Positions 31,755 through 44,008 of a DNA stretch of 64,000 nucleotides are shown piece by piece (the stretch's first letter is position 1; each line of letters opens with the position of its first letter). A program made the translations under genes and the position numbers. The stretch is from NCBI GenBank assembly GCA_951406725.2, contig OX597818.1:90334001-90398000 (forward strand), read 5' to 3'. The notes under the pieces were generated by a model. That model ran no database searches and had not been told where the DNA came from. It worked only from the letters and a program-made list of their open reading frames with translations. Origin of the DNA: Octopus vulgaris (lineage: Eukaryota).

Positions 31755-31821
31755 CAAACCTTCTCTTTATAAATGACCTAAAAATTCCACACAGCCTTGA
31801 CTTTGTTGTCTCATGTTATTT

Positions 31822-31869
<48 letters not shown>

Positions 31870-31872
31870 AAT

Positions 31873-31963
<91 letters not shown>

Positions 31964-32853
31964 ATATATTATGGTTGAAAGGCTCCGATTTTGAGTACTT
32001 AGAGTCACTCGTTTTCGATTATCAGTTGGTAAACCGGACCTGGTTTCCTTTTGAAATATCAGCTGTCTGAATTTTCTGGTTTTTTTTTTTTTTTTTAGAT
32101 ATGATTTAAAAGTTTGAAGAAAATGCTTCTCTTTATATTTTTGAGTTTAAAAGCCTTTGTGAACGGCACGTGCAAAACTGCTGCTTCAAACAACCGTTGA
32201 TTTTATTCCTTTCTGTTCTTGTGTTAATATTATCAGGTTTAGTGAAAAGAATTTTCACTAATGATTTTCGGCAACTTGTAATCTCCATGATATATCATCA
32301 ATTGAGTACAACCTGTTGTCCAATTATTGCTGAATTGTTTGTTGTTTATTTTCGTATATAACATATAAACATAAAATGAAGCAATAATAAATCTCTGAAC
32401 AAGGTATAAAGAATAAGTCCTGATAGGACACAGAAAGTGTGTCAATAGCCAGCTGGAGAAAATGTTCTCCTGGGGCTACAAGCTACAGTAGCATCCACCC
32501 TTAGCGTTTATCCACATTTAAGTGGCAAATATACTTCACAAACATAAAATGTTTATCCTTTATTTTACAATTTAGTTAATGCGTGATGAAAAAATTTCAG
32601 TTAGAACCATTTTACGCTCCCTGTGGAAAAAATGGGCAAGAGCAGCGGCAAAAGGAATTAATGATGTTGAAGCCAAGATGCAATCAACGAACATGTGGTA
32701 CAAAACTGGTTCAGATGTTTCAAGAACAATGACACCAACCACGAAGAAAAGCCAATATCAGGGAGATCTGTCCTGAGCTTGAGGTAGCTGTTTTCGCAAG
32801 TGTCATTCACGAAGGAACATAACGATAAATATTTTATTCAAACTTTCATATAA

Positions 32854-33240
32854 CAGGAGTGGCAGTGTGGTAAGTAGCTTGCTTACCAACCACATGGTTC
32901 CGGGTTCAGTCCCACTGCGTGGCACCTTGGGCTAATGTCTTCTGCTATAGCCTCGAGTCGACCAAAGTGAATTTGGTAGACGGAAACTGAAATAAGCCCG
33001 TCGTATATATGTATATGTATGTATGTGTTTGTGTGTCTGTGTTTGTCCCCCCAACATCGCTTGACAATCGATGCTGGTGCGTTTACGTCCCAGTAACTTA
33101 GCGGTTTGGCAAAAGAGACCGATATAATAAGTACTAGGCTTCCAAAGAATAAGTCCTGAGGTTGATTTGCTCGACTAAAGGCGGTGCTCCGACATGGCCG
33201 CAGTCAAATGACTGAAACAAGTAAAAGAGTAAAAAGGTAA
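32854..33240 (+). mobile_element. tRNA-derived SINE family 1
   Basis: tggcagtgtggtaa A box, gggttcagtccc B box, tail ggcggtgctcc..catggccgcagtcaaatgactgaaacaagtaaaagagtaaaa. Confidence 0.88.
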
Positions 33241-34068
33241 ACGAGTATTCAAACATGAGAAATCTAGAGTCGGAAACGAGCAACTTAGAATACTGAAAAT
33301 TGGAGCTTTTTACTCTACGTTTGTATTCTCATTCCCGATGAAAAACATCATTGAAAAGCAATTTACGATGATATGTCTTCAAAGGTGACATCTCTTATAG
33401 ACATGCTATGTTTGAAAATACAATACACGCCGGAAAGAGACGAAAATCGTATTAGCACCTGCTATAAATAACGCCAGATGTATTTTCACCTCGTTGGGCC
33501 TAACCAATAGCGTGTACTCACTGCCAATGACAAAGCTAGATTACATTTGTTGCCACCGATATATTGGAAACAGTGAATAAAACATTCGTTGCTAAATAAA
33601 ACAATCACCTGGTTGAGTAAAAATCTTTTATATACAATAGAAGTAGTACTGAATTAAAATGGCCATATGTGTATCATATTCAAGATAAATATATCTCTGA
33701 AGGGCAGTTTACAGCGGTATATACTGTGGTTTTAAATACTGCACATTCCTAAGAGATGGTATCCCTGGGAGAATAGAGGAAAAATTGACCGGTACTTAGC
33801 TTTGTCAGTCTCAAAATTATGAAAGACAAAGTTAACTACACAGGGTTTGAACTCAGAAGGTAAAGAGCAGGAACAAATATGGCAAGGCATTTTCCAGACA
33901 CAAGCAATTCTGTCACCTCTACCATTCATTAATATCACTTTCGCTCTCATTTTCACTTCTAGTTCATTCTATAATTTTCTGTGCATATTGATAACTTACG
34001 TCATGTAACTATCGTCTACCCTTACAAATATTGGCTTTGTGGTTAGACAAAACTCAAATATTACCAAC

Positions 34069-34243
34069 CTGTGGTTAGAACACCAGAGAATACCCAACAC
34101 TGGCCAAATTTCACTGGTCTCTTGGTCTTGAAGTATTCTTGAAAAATCGCAGCACTGCCTGTCCAAGCCAGAGGAGACTTTCCACCTGTATACACTCCTG
34201 ACCAGTTGCCGGTTAAAACTCCGTTGTCATCAGATGAATTTAT
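34069..34243 (-). CDS. Transglutaminase exon 6, catalytic Cys (INSSDDNGVLTGNWSG...PVKFGQCWVFSGVLTT)
   Basis: GQCWVF active-site signature; cag| acceptor, G|gttggt donor, 175 nt. Confidence 0.97.
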
Positions 34244-34377
34244 CTGTTCAAAAGATAAAACATTATTGTTACAACGCATAACACTATAATGGATTACTAA
34301 ATTTTCGTAACTTTTTCATAACTTCACCCCAATCATTGTCACATTAATCAATGACAATCCGCGTTTTCATTCTTTGA

Positions 34378-34610
34378 AGGCGGCGAGCTGGCAGAATCGT
34401 TAGCACGCCGGGTGAAATGCGTAGCCGTATTTCGTCTGCTGTTACGTTCTGAGTTCAAATTCCGCCGAGGTCGACTTTGCTTTTCATCCTTTCGGGATCG
34501 ATTAAATAAGTACCAGTTACGCACTGGGGTCGATATAATCGACTTAATCCGTTTGTCTGTCCATGTTTGTCCCCTCTGTGTTTAACCCCTTGTGGATAGT
34601 AAAGAAATAG
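34378..34610 (+). mobile_element. tRNA-derived SINE family 2 (core gtcgactttgcctttcatcctttcggggtcgataaa)
   Basis: ggcggcgagctggcagaatcgttagc head, gagttcaaattcc B box; many copies in the window. Confidence 0.85.
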
Positions 34611-34797
34611 ACAATCAGCGTTTTCATTCTTTTTTTTTTTTAAATGCCACAGTTATCACGTCAGTATTAAGCTGATAATAAATTTCAATTGTAATGTCTT
34701 ACTATATATCCGTATCCACAGTTAACTTTTCACTTTTTCTCGTGATTCACATACCGAAACCTCACGTGTAAAATTTTACTGTAACATTCAGCCAATA

Positions 34798-35015
34798 ATG
34801 GTTTCAAATATTGGCACAAGGCCAGCAATATCAAGGGAAGGAGTAAGTCGATTACGTCGACTCCAGTGTTCAACTGGTACTTATGTTATCGACACCGAAA
34901 TGATGAAAGTCGAAGTCGACCTCGACGGAGTTTGAATGCAGAAAGTAAAGGCGGACGAAATATTGCTAAGCACATTTTTCCGGCGCGCTAACGATTCAAC
35001 TAGCCCGCCGCCTTG
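34798..35015 (-). mobile_element. SINE family 2 copy, inverted relative to 34378
   Basis: Reverse-complement similarity. Confidence 0.75.
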
Positions 35016-35055
35016 AATTCAGCTAATAAATATTAATTTTAAATTTAGATCCAAG

Positions 35056-35097
<42 letters not shown>

Positions 35098-35758
35098 CTG
35101 AAGTTGTCTGTGTGTGTCAGGTTTGGTAGCCTTCAACTAACGGCGCAAGTTGACCAACATTGAGAGTATGATAGAAAAAGGCTTGCTCTTCATTCCGTAG
35201 AAGAAAAAAATCAAATCGAACCATGTTAAGATCAAAAATTATTTACATCAAAAGGTGCATTTTTCCAGCTTAGTTTTTAATTATTTGCTTTGACCCTAAA
35301 TGCCGAAGAGGCCGGGTCGATCCACACTTACAAGGAATTCGGACTGAAAGTAAAAAATAAAAGTAACTCCGATTGCCTTCTGTGAACAGATCAGTGCACT
35401 TAGCTGAAAATGTGTACCAGGGAGCTTTATAATTGCTGGTACTCATATTCAGCAGAATATCCTAGAGCAATTGTTCAAGGTTTCATTAGTTTGAGAATCA
35501 AACCTACAACCTGATAATCGCGAGTGTAACACAGTTTCATATCAAGTTGCTAACAACATACAAAAATATGTGATACTCTGATAATAAACTCCTTGTCCTC
35601 ATTTGCTTTATTTACACACACACACACACCATCGCACTTACACAACTGTTCACATACACACGCACAAATACGCATGCACACTAAAACACACGCACACACA
35701 TGACCATATACATACACATACATTATTATTAAGGGAACAACCAGAGTTATGTACTCAC

Positions 35759-35866
35759 CAACGCTGTCAATTTTCGTGTGACTAACACAGGATTTCTGCG
35801 TGCGTGAAGCGGAAGTTCTGATTCCTCTAGAAGATAGAGAACGCATTCCAACACATCATCGGAAAA
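35759..35866 (-). CDS. Transglutaminase exon 5 (FSDDVLECVLYLLEESELPLHARRNPVLVTRKLTAL)
   Basis: tag| acceptor, |gtgagt donor, 108 nt, phase 0-0; R..PV.V.R motif; translated by hand. Confidence 0.9.
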
Positions 35867-36685
35867 CTACAGGAAAATATAGAAATCGAAAGAAAAAAAT
35901 ATATATTTAGTTTCGCATAGTTAATCTAACACAAAACTCATGGCTGAAGACGCTTGCTTCTAAGTAAGTGTCTCTACTAAAAGCACAAGGACATCAGTTT
36001 TCAAGTGAGTGGGATCCAGTACTTGACTGGTACTTTATTTTATCGACCTCGGGGGTGGGGTATTGAAAGGCAAAATTCATCTCGGTGAGGTTTAAATCAG
36101 AACGTAAAGAGCCAATAGAAATACTGATAAGCAATTTTCACGATACTCTAACAATTGTGCCGGCTTAACATACCTGTAGTTTCCAATTTAGATACAAGAC
36201 TTGCAGTTTTGAGGAAAGAGACAGGTCAATACTATTGATCCCAGTATTTGACCGGAATATTACTTTATCGACATAGTAGAGAAAAAGAAGAAAGATAAAG
36301 TCAGCCTTGTTGGGATTTGAACTCAGAACGCAAGGAACAGTATGAAATACTGGCAGACATTTACCCCACGCACTAATGATTTTGCCAGGTCACTACTTTT
36401 CTTTTATCGAAATAATAGTTTCTGATTTGGACACAAAGCCAACAATTTTGAGGGACTTGACCGGCGCGTAAACCCTAAATCTTGATCGGTACTCAAGTTT
36501 ATTGATACGGAGGAGGGGACAAAAGGTAACGTAAAGGCAAGCAGTATTCCAACTCAGAATGTATATAGCCGGAACATATAACGCAATACATTTATTGGGA
36601 AGTTCTTGAGCCGTTCTTACATTGAAATAATAAAATTAACTTCTAGCCTTGGCATAACACATAACAATGCAGCTTTCGCTGGAAT

Positions 36686-36823
36686 TTCAACCGTGTTTCG
36701 TGGGGTGCTACCACAACAGCTCCTTTATAGGATCCAGTTAGCTCAAGACATCATCAGGAGGAACCAGGTCCGTTTTGACGTGGTGGAGCCCCCCCCCCCC
36801 TTCGGAGGTGTCTTCAGCTCTGG
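36686..36823 (-). ncRNA. Two tandem hammerhead-like motifs
   Basis: ccagag-CTGAAGA-c...gtc-aAAAC-gga-cctgg (degenerate), then ctc-CTGATGA-...-cac-GAAAC-acg-GTT-gaa (core intact). Confidence 0.45.
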
Positions 36824-37019
36824 TGTTGGGTGCATATCTTCTTCTGTTCCCTGGCCTCTTCGCTGTAGCGTCAACGAGTGTCAGCGGGCGACTGACTGTC
36901 TTGTCAAATTTCCCTTTAAATACCTGCTGTAGGCTCCGCTCCAGCAGGCAGCCCCAGCAAGTTGTTGCAATGTAAAACCGTAATTTAACCCAACCAGTTC
37001 TCTGCATAAGTGTTTTTAC

Positions 37020-37138
37020 CTGGCGAAAGTTCCAAGTTTTTCCGAAGATCTGATGTGAAGTACCCACATAAATCTTTCCTGATTCACGCATGACATATTC
37101 TTTACGTTCCGCCTCGTCAGCCATGTAAACTTCATCAC
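37020..37138 (-). CDS. Transglutaminase exon 4 (DEVYMADEAERKEYVMRESGKIYVG...WNFRQ)
   Basis: cag| acceptor, |gtaaaa donor, 119 nt; D.VY...E..EYV...G.IY.G motif. Confidence 0.93.
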
Positions 37139-37473
37139 CTGGAAGTAGAATAGTACACGTACATTAAATAGGCATCGAGGGAAGATGGCAACATAATTGT
37201 ATTGGTATATATTCCAATAAGTACATAACATGACAGACACAGATTGTTAGATTCCAGAAACTGCGAGAATATTACATACATTTTGGCGAGTAGGATTAAT
37301 ACCCTATCCACACCAACGCTACGACCCACAATGGAGACGTAATGAAATGATTTCGCGCAGCTGTTTAGATGCTGATTGCTGGCCATGGATGAGTGAACTG
37401 TCAGCTTGTTTGACAACAGTACTATGTGGTACTATATATACATATGTTTGTGCATTATATATATATATATGAA

Positions 37474-38352
37474 CAGGGTGCAGTGAATATATGATCGTCT
37501 AAATTGCGCAAAAGTGAAAATAACATTTTCTCATTTTAACAGATATATTTACCAAAATTACATAAAAATATGTTGAAATTCTAAAGAGTAAACTTGGTCA
37601 AAAAAAGTTGCCACTAGTTTCAACCACGGCTTCCAGACCACTTCGGAATCTCCTGAAACTCTTCTGGACGTTCTCTTTGTTTAAGGTGGTGAATGCTGCC
37701 TTAATCCTTGCCTTCAGTTCATCCTTGGTGTTACAAGGAGTTTTGTTGGTCTCTTGTTCAACTGCACCTCACACACAATGAATCAAGGGGGCTACAGTCT
37801 GGGGAGTTAGATGACCAGATGTTAGGGGTGATGTGGTTGCAGAAATTGCCTGACATCCATGACTATGTTCTCCTGCTTGTGTGGTATGGTACAGAGACCT
37901 GTTGCCAGACATAGGGTCATCCAGCAGCCATCCACTTGATCCAGAGCAGCACTTCCTCTTCCAGGTACTTGATGTAGGCCTCCGTGTTGAGTCTGAGGCC
38001 TTGTCGAAAGATGAATGGAAGCATAACGTCACCGTTTCATTAGTGATCACTCCAAACGCCATGCTGTTGACTGGATATTCGATTTTTATCACTCTCGATA
38101 TATGCACTGTCCTCAGATTGACACTAAACACTCTGAAATGTTCGTATTGGAGGTTCCGGCGTGAATGCCAAACAGTACAACATGTCGCTTCCAAATTCCT
38201 GGCAGAACGAACCGTGTCATGATGCTGGCTGTCTTTCTCACATGCGGTGCCCAACTGCCCCCAGTATACTGCGTAGTCGTTAAGATCAAAACAAACAATG
38301 TGCATGCGTGAAATTAAAAATATAAAATGGCAACAATTTACCCATCGCACCC
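37474..38352 (-). mobile_element. Internally deleted Tc1/mariner transposon relic
   Basis: Decayed transposase MAFGVIT...PFIF.QGLRLNTEAYIKYLEE...WQQ...H...IWSSNSPDCSPLD with stops; imperfect TIRs starting (c/t)agggtgc; TA-rich flanks. Confidence 0.8.
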
Positions 38353-38461
38353 TATATATCTATATACATACAGACATCTAGATGCATGTGTACAAGTGCG
38401 TGAGTGTGTGTACATTGTGTAATTATGGTTTTTGCATGTATATACCAATACATACCAATCT

Positions 38462-38800
38462 GAAAGGCGCATGGCTCAATGTTTAGAGCATTGGGCTCAC
38501 AATCATGAGGTAGTGCGTTCGATTCCCGGACTGGCCTGCGTGTTGTGTTTTTGAGCAAGATACTTTATTTCCTGTTGCTCCAGTTCACTCAGCTGTAGAA
38601 ATGAGTTGCGACATTACTGGTGCCGAACTGTATTGGCCTCTGCCTTTCCCATGGATAACATCGGTGGCGCGAAGAGGGGAGGCTAGTATTCATGGGCGAC
38701 TGCTGGTCTTCCGTAAACAACCTCACTCAGACTTGTGCCTCGGGGGGAAACTTTCTAGGTGCAATCTCATGGTCATTCATGACCAAAGGGGTCTTTACCC
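38462..38800 (+). mobile_element. tRNA-derived SINE (family 4)
   Basis: tggctcaatgtttagagc A-box-like and gttcgattccc B box, then ttgagcaagatactt core-like segment. Confidence 0.7.
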
Positions 38801-40099
38801 CTTATATACCAATATAATGGTGCCTTCCCTCCTTCAAAAGTATGTCCTCATACTAGGAGATAGAATATGAAATTTGATTTCAATTTTTATCTCCTGCATA
38901 GAGAAATTGTTGAGAATCGTTGAATATCACAGCACTTAGTAATTCGCTTTTGGTTAAGGTTTAAATAGTCTAATTAACGAAGGAAAATGTTTTCATCTTA
39001 ATGCGACCGAACTTGGTTAAATGACCGATGCTGTTAATGTAGTTTTCATAATTAAGTATTTCATTAAAGTTGCAATTAATTTTGAAATTACATGCTATAC
39101 ATACGCAAATATACAAGCATAGACACACGAATGCGCGTGGAAACATTTATAAATCTAAACTAGATTTCGTTCAGTCGTTGTGTCTATGTTTGTTGTTAAA
39201 ATCCGGTAGTTTGTTTTCCTGTTTGTTTTTGAGTTTTGGGTTGTAGAAATTGTTAGATCGTTATTATTCCAAGAAGGAGTTGGTTATTAAGGTTTGATAT
39301 AAATGTTTGTAAGAATATGGTTTGTAAATAGTTTATTATTTAGCATAGTCACATTGCCGCCACAAGGGGAATACTAAGCCTAAGTGTATATATGTAAAAT
39401 TATGTTCAATACGTTGGAGGGCATTTAGACGTGGGAACACCTTCTACTAGGGAGGAAGAAACTTTTCTTCCAGACATGTATGAAAGCATAAAATGTAATT
39501 GGTCTACTAACTCTAGAATAAGGAGACAATTTCAATAAATGAATGATTTATCTATTATATAAAATCTGTTCTGTCTGTCTGTCTTCTAGGATCTCGGGCA
39601 TCCTCCATCCGATTGCGCTCAAATTTGGTATGTAGATACCGACGGTATCAGGGCATTTATAAGTCTTGAAAAAATTACAAAAATCGATTCCAGGGGAGAA
39701 TGCGATTGATAAAGCCGTGGGAACGTGCATTTGTAAAATCGCTTTTCTTGGAATAGAAAAATAGTCTATCTTTATTTCTTTTGCTGGTGTCTCAAATTTA
39801 GGTTAAATCAGTGTTTCTCAAAGGAGAGGCCTATGGGGCGGGCGGACAAGTTGTTTTGAGAAAAGTTGGTTTAAATGTTTGACAACTCAGCACCAACCAT
39901 TGGAGTGGGGCGTTTTGCTCGTCTTGTAGGATATTTGATATAGCCGTATTCATCTTTGTTGTTGTTATTACGTGAGTGTACACGTCTGGTGTTAAATAAT
40001 ATTATTACCAAAATAAAATATTTGAATGTTGTTATCTAAAATAACATATCGCGGAATTATTATGTTCACATGTGACGCAATCCGTACTACTCGAACGTA

Positions 40100-40470
40100 G
40101 TGGCACGCCCTCGGTTACGACGACGAGGGTTCCAATTCATCCGATCAACGGAACAGCCTGCTCGTGAAATTAACGTGCAAGTGGCTGAGCACTCCACCGA
40201 CACGTGTACCCTTAACGTAGTTCTCGGGGAGATTCAGCGTGACACAGAGTGTGTCAAGGCTGGTTCTTTAAAATACAGGTACAACAGAAACAGGAAGAGT
40301 GAGAGAAAGTTGTGGTGAAAGAGTACAGCAGGTTTCACCACCACCCCTGCCGGAGACTCGTGGAGCTTTAGGTGTTTTTGCTGAAAAACACAACGCCCTA
40401 CCTAGGAATCGAAACCGCGATCGCATCACCGTGAGTCCGCTACCCTAACCACTGAGCCATTGCGCCTTCA
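40100..40470 (-). mobile_element. tRNA-derived SINE family 3; second copy at about 51220-51537
   Basis: Shared cggttacgacgacgagggt...gacacgtgtaccc...ttcagcgtgacacagagtgtg body and tRNA-like head. Confidence 0.8.
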
Positions 40471-40728
40471 CACTTGAACGTAGGTACAATACTATACCAA
40501 CATGCGTTGCACTAACACAGAAACCAATACGGTTAACTGATATTTTATTAGGCAAAAAGGCCCGAACACAGGACATTGTCAACTACCCCCTCACAGTTCA
40601 CATAGTTATTTATTGAAATCCGTTTGTCCACGTTCAATCACGTGGGGTGTACAAGTTTCTACCATAGCAATTGTCGAAATATACTGGTGACAGTGAGTTA
40701 TTTTTTATAGGGCATTATATGATTAATT

Positions 40729-40761
<33 letters not shown>

Positions 40762-41140
40762 TACATAAATAATTAAACATATATACATATATATGTACTA
40801 ATACACACACACACACACACATATATTGCTAGACAATCAGAGAGATAGCTAGATAGATAGAGAGACAGATAACCTCGGGCCGACCAAAACCTTGTATGTG
40901 GATTTGGTAGACAAAAACTGAAAGAACCCCGTCGTATATATATATATGCGCGTGTGTGTTTGTGTGTGCGTGCGCGCGCATATGTTTATGTTCCTGTGTT
41001 TGTCTCCCCACCATCGCTTGGCAAGCGATGTTATGTCCCCGTAACTTAACGATTCGGCATAAAAGGCCGATAGAATAAGTACTAGGCTTAGAAAGAATAC
41101 GTCCTGGGGTCGATTTGTCCAACTAAATATATATATATAT

Positions 41141-41395
41141 ATATATGATGAAATCTCCCGTTAGTTTCGATGTATGAGGATCTGACAACTTACTCTTTCT
41201 TTGTCAGTCACAATGCTTATAGCGAATGTGACATTTGAATCCCGCCAACGATTTGCAAAAAAGCCCACATATGTATGTGTATATATATATATGTGTGTGT
41301 ATATATATATATATATAAGCATTGTGACTGACAAAGAAAGAGTAAGTTGTCAGATCCTCATACATCGAAACTAACGGGAGCTTTCATCATATATA
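41141..41395. repeat. Near-perfect inverted repeat of about 80 bp
   Basis: Arms 41141-41221 and 41314-41395, one mismatch seen. Confidence 0.9.
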
Positions 41396-41950
41396 TATGC
41401 ATATACATATGTACTTATATACTTTGTATATATATACACACAAACACTCACATATAAACATCTGTAGCTTAACCATTTAATTAGCCAATTTTTGCTAACA
41501 ATAATAACGAAGTGCAAACAAAGGAAAAAAGTAAAATGATAGACGTGATACTGTTGCATTAGAACTGATATTCATGATGGCAATTTTTCCGATATATAAC
41601 TGGCATTCAGTACAGTGTGGAACTGGAAAGCTTAGATATGTAGTACCAGAAAAATAGAAGAGGCAAACTTTTAAGGTCTGAACCCGATTTTTCCGAATGT
41701 TACAAATGAATATAAAACGGAGTAGAGGAAAATTAGTAAAGAGGCAAGGTTATAGGATTACTCAGTTGAGATCAACAGACTGAGCGATGTAGGCGAGAAA
41801 GTTTGAGTAATAGTAGACAGAATGATGCTAAATATGAATTATGGTGTGAATATAGGGAATGGTATAGACCTAGAAACATGCGAGAAACATCAAAGTTTGG
41901 CTGAAATATTTGTAAATGGTCAGGTCAACAAGGAATAAAACTTAGCTTAC

Positions 41951-42196
41951 GTTTGTGGAAGGGATTAAACAGCATATAAAATTCATAGGGCTCTGTGTAA
42001 ACTATTTTCTTTTCATCAATCTTGATGTTAACCCTCATTCGCCAGACTCCAACATAGTTATTTGGAGGAGTATGAACTTCGACCGTGATTTCCGAATCCT
42101 TCGAGTTCTTTAGCACAGCGGCCCATTGCCCTTCTTTGAAAGTGTCTGTCAGTTCTAATCTCACCAAAGAACCTTTCACAAGTTTGGGACGTTCAC
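41951..42196 (-). CDS. Transglutaminase exon 3 (GERPKLVKGS...VGVWRM...FYMLFNPFHK)
   Basis: cag| acceptor, |gtaagc donor, 246 nt, phase 1-1; LFNP motif. Confidence 0.93.
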
Positions 42197-42578
42197 CTGA
42201 AAAATTAGATATAAATACATTTAAAGTGAGTGACACGGGTAAATATAAAAAGTATTCATTAAAGAGAATAAAAAAAAACTTAAATCCACATACCAGTACT
42301 GGCATCTCGTAATATTAGAAACTATTTCAGAAATTCGAATTTGCGATTGATTCTTATCTTGGCATATGTGATAAGCATATCTAACGTGGGTACTTAGATT
42401 TGGTTTTTAACAATTTTGGTCGCCAAATCCATTCTTATATCAAGCTGAGAATGGTGATATTTTATAAAAATTCTGAGATCATCTAATATTACTTATTGTC
42501 AGGATATGTACAAGGAAAGGCGAAGCCCAAGTCTCCGAAAGCACAACAGTGTTCTTGATGATGATGATGATGATGATG

Positions 42579-42611
<33 letters not shown>

Positions 42612-42822
42612 CATCATTATTATTATTATTATTATTACTATTATTATTATTATAAGACTAGTAATTTCGGGGAAGCGATAAGTCAATTACATCGATCCCA
42701 CTGATCAACAGGTATTTATTTTTCGACCCAAAACGATGAAAAGCAAAGATGAACGTAAGGATGGTCAAAGAGCTTCGCGGCATCTCTGCACGTCGCGCTA
42801 GCGATTCTGCCATTTCGTTGTT

Positions 42823-42862
<40 letters not shown>

Positions 42863-42864
<2 letters not shown>

Positions 42865-43372
42865 GATACAATACCAGGCAGTGGCTCTCATGGCTTCTGA
42901 TCTGAACTGATTTGAAGTGTTAACATGTACATTGTTTTGTGTTGGTATAAAAGATGGGCTACAGCAAATACTCAGCTCAATACCACAGATTTTCTTGTCA
43001 ATTGCTTGACCTTAACCAATGGCTGACGATATGTGCATCTCTGATCACGAGCAGAAGTAGTGGGGGAACATCATAGGGGTTTGGATAATTCACCTTTGGA
43101 AACATTAGTGCTTTGTTCAACATCCTTAAACAACCCTTATTCAGGGACCTTTTGAGCGGAATGGGCTACTAGAGATTAAGTAAATTCTAACTGGGCCCCA
43201 TCTGCAAGGTCAAGCGCTGTTTATCTTGATATGAGATCACCATGTTGCGTACATATGGTTGTGATGCATGTATCTAGTGTACCCTTATCAGACGGGTAGT
43301 CATCATGGGTATACTGGGCTTCGTATATTCTACCCTAGTGTCACTATGACGGTTGCACTGCACTCTCACTTA
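42863..43372 (+). mobile_element. Non-coding interspersed element flanked by (AAT)n; its 3' end recurs at 46415-46497
   Basis: gggtagtcat..tgggtata.tgggcttcgtatatt.tacc..agtgtcact shared by both copies, each followed by (AAT)n. Confidence 0.65.
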
Positions 43373-43417
43373 TTAATAATAATAATGATAATAATGATAA
43401 TAATTATGATGATGATG

Positions 43418-43955
43418 ATCAGCACTGCTTAGTACTGCAAGAATTCTTCGCAGGGTTCTTGAAGCATGACCAATAAACAAGTGTCACCTTAGTCCGCTGG
43501 CTGTGGACAGCTGACACTTCGCATCATGCCTAACAAAAAAAGCTGTGAGGTTTCATAAAATAATAATAGAAAATGATAGACCAGACAACGATTATAGATA
43601 AGGAAAAGCAAAGTTGCTTATTTATCAACCCATCGTTCCCGCTTGATTCTAGGATCGTAAAGAAAAGGGAAGAAAAAATACAATCTCTTAAAATTTGAAA
43701 TAGGAAGAATTTGGACCATGCGAACAGTAAAGGTCGTGTTTATAATAATCGGTGCGTTGGGAACAGTAAGCAAAAATATACACAAATGGCTGAAGGATAT
43801 TTAAATGGAATTCCCGGTAGAGCTCCTAGAGAAAGTTTGTCTTTTGGTTATCAGAAATGTTCTAAGTATTTGAAAGACTCTTGAAAACTTGTGAATACGT
43901 AACCCGTTACCCACACAATCCCTACCAGGAATAAGACCGAACTTGAGCCAAACGA
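43418..43955 (+). mobile_element. Two short 3' fragments of related RLE-type LINEs separated by AAT repeats
   Basis: ALLSTARILRRVL* at about 43420-43470 and RPD.../IIIGALG.V remnants at about 43575-43870. Confidence 0.6.
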
Positions 43956-43966
43956 AAATAATAATG

Positions 43967-44007
<41 letters not shown>

Positions 44008-44008
<1 letters not shown>

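Noticed and set aside
32854-32930. tRNA genes
   Set aside because: A/B-box-like heads belong to multi-copy SINEs; no full cloverleaf
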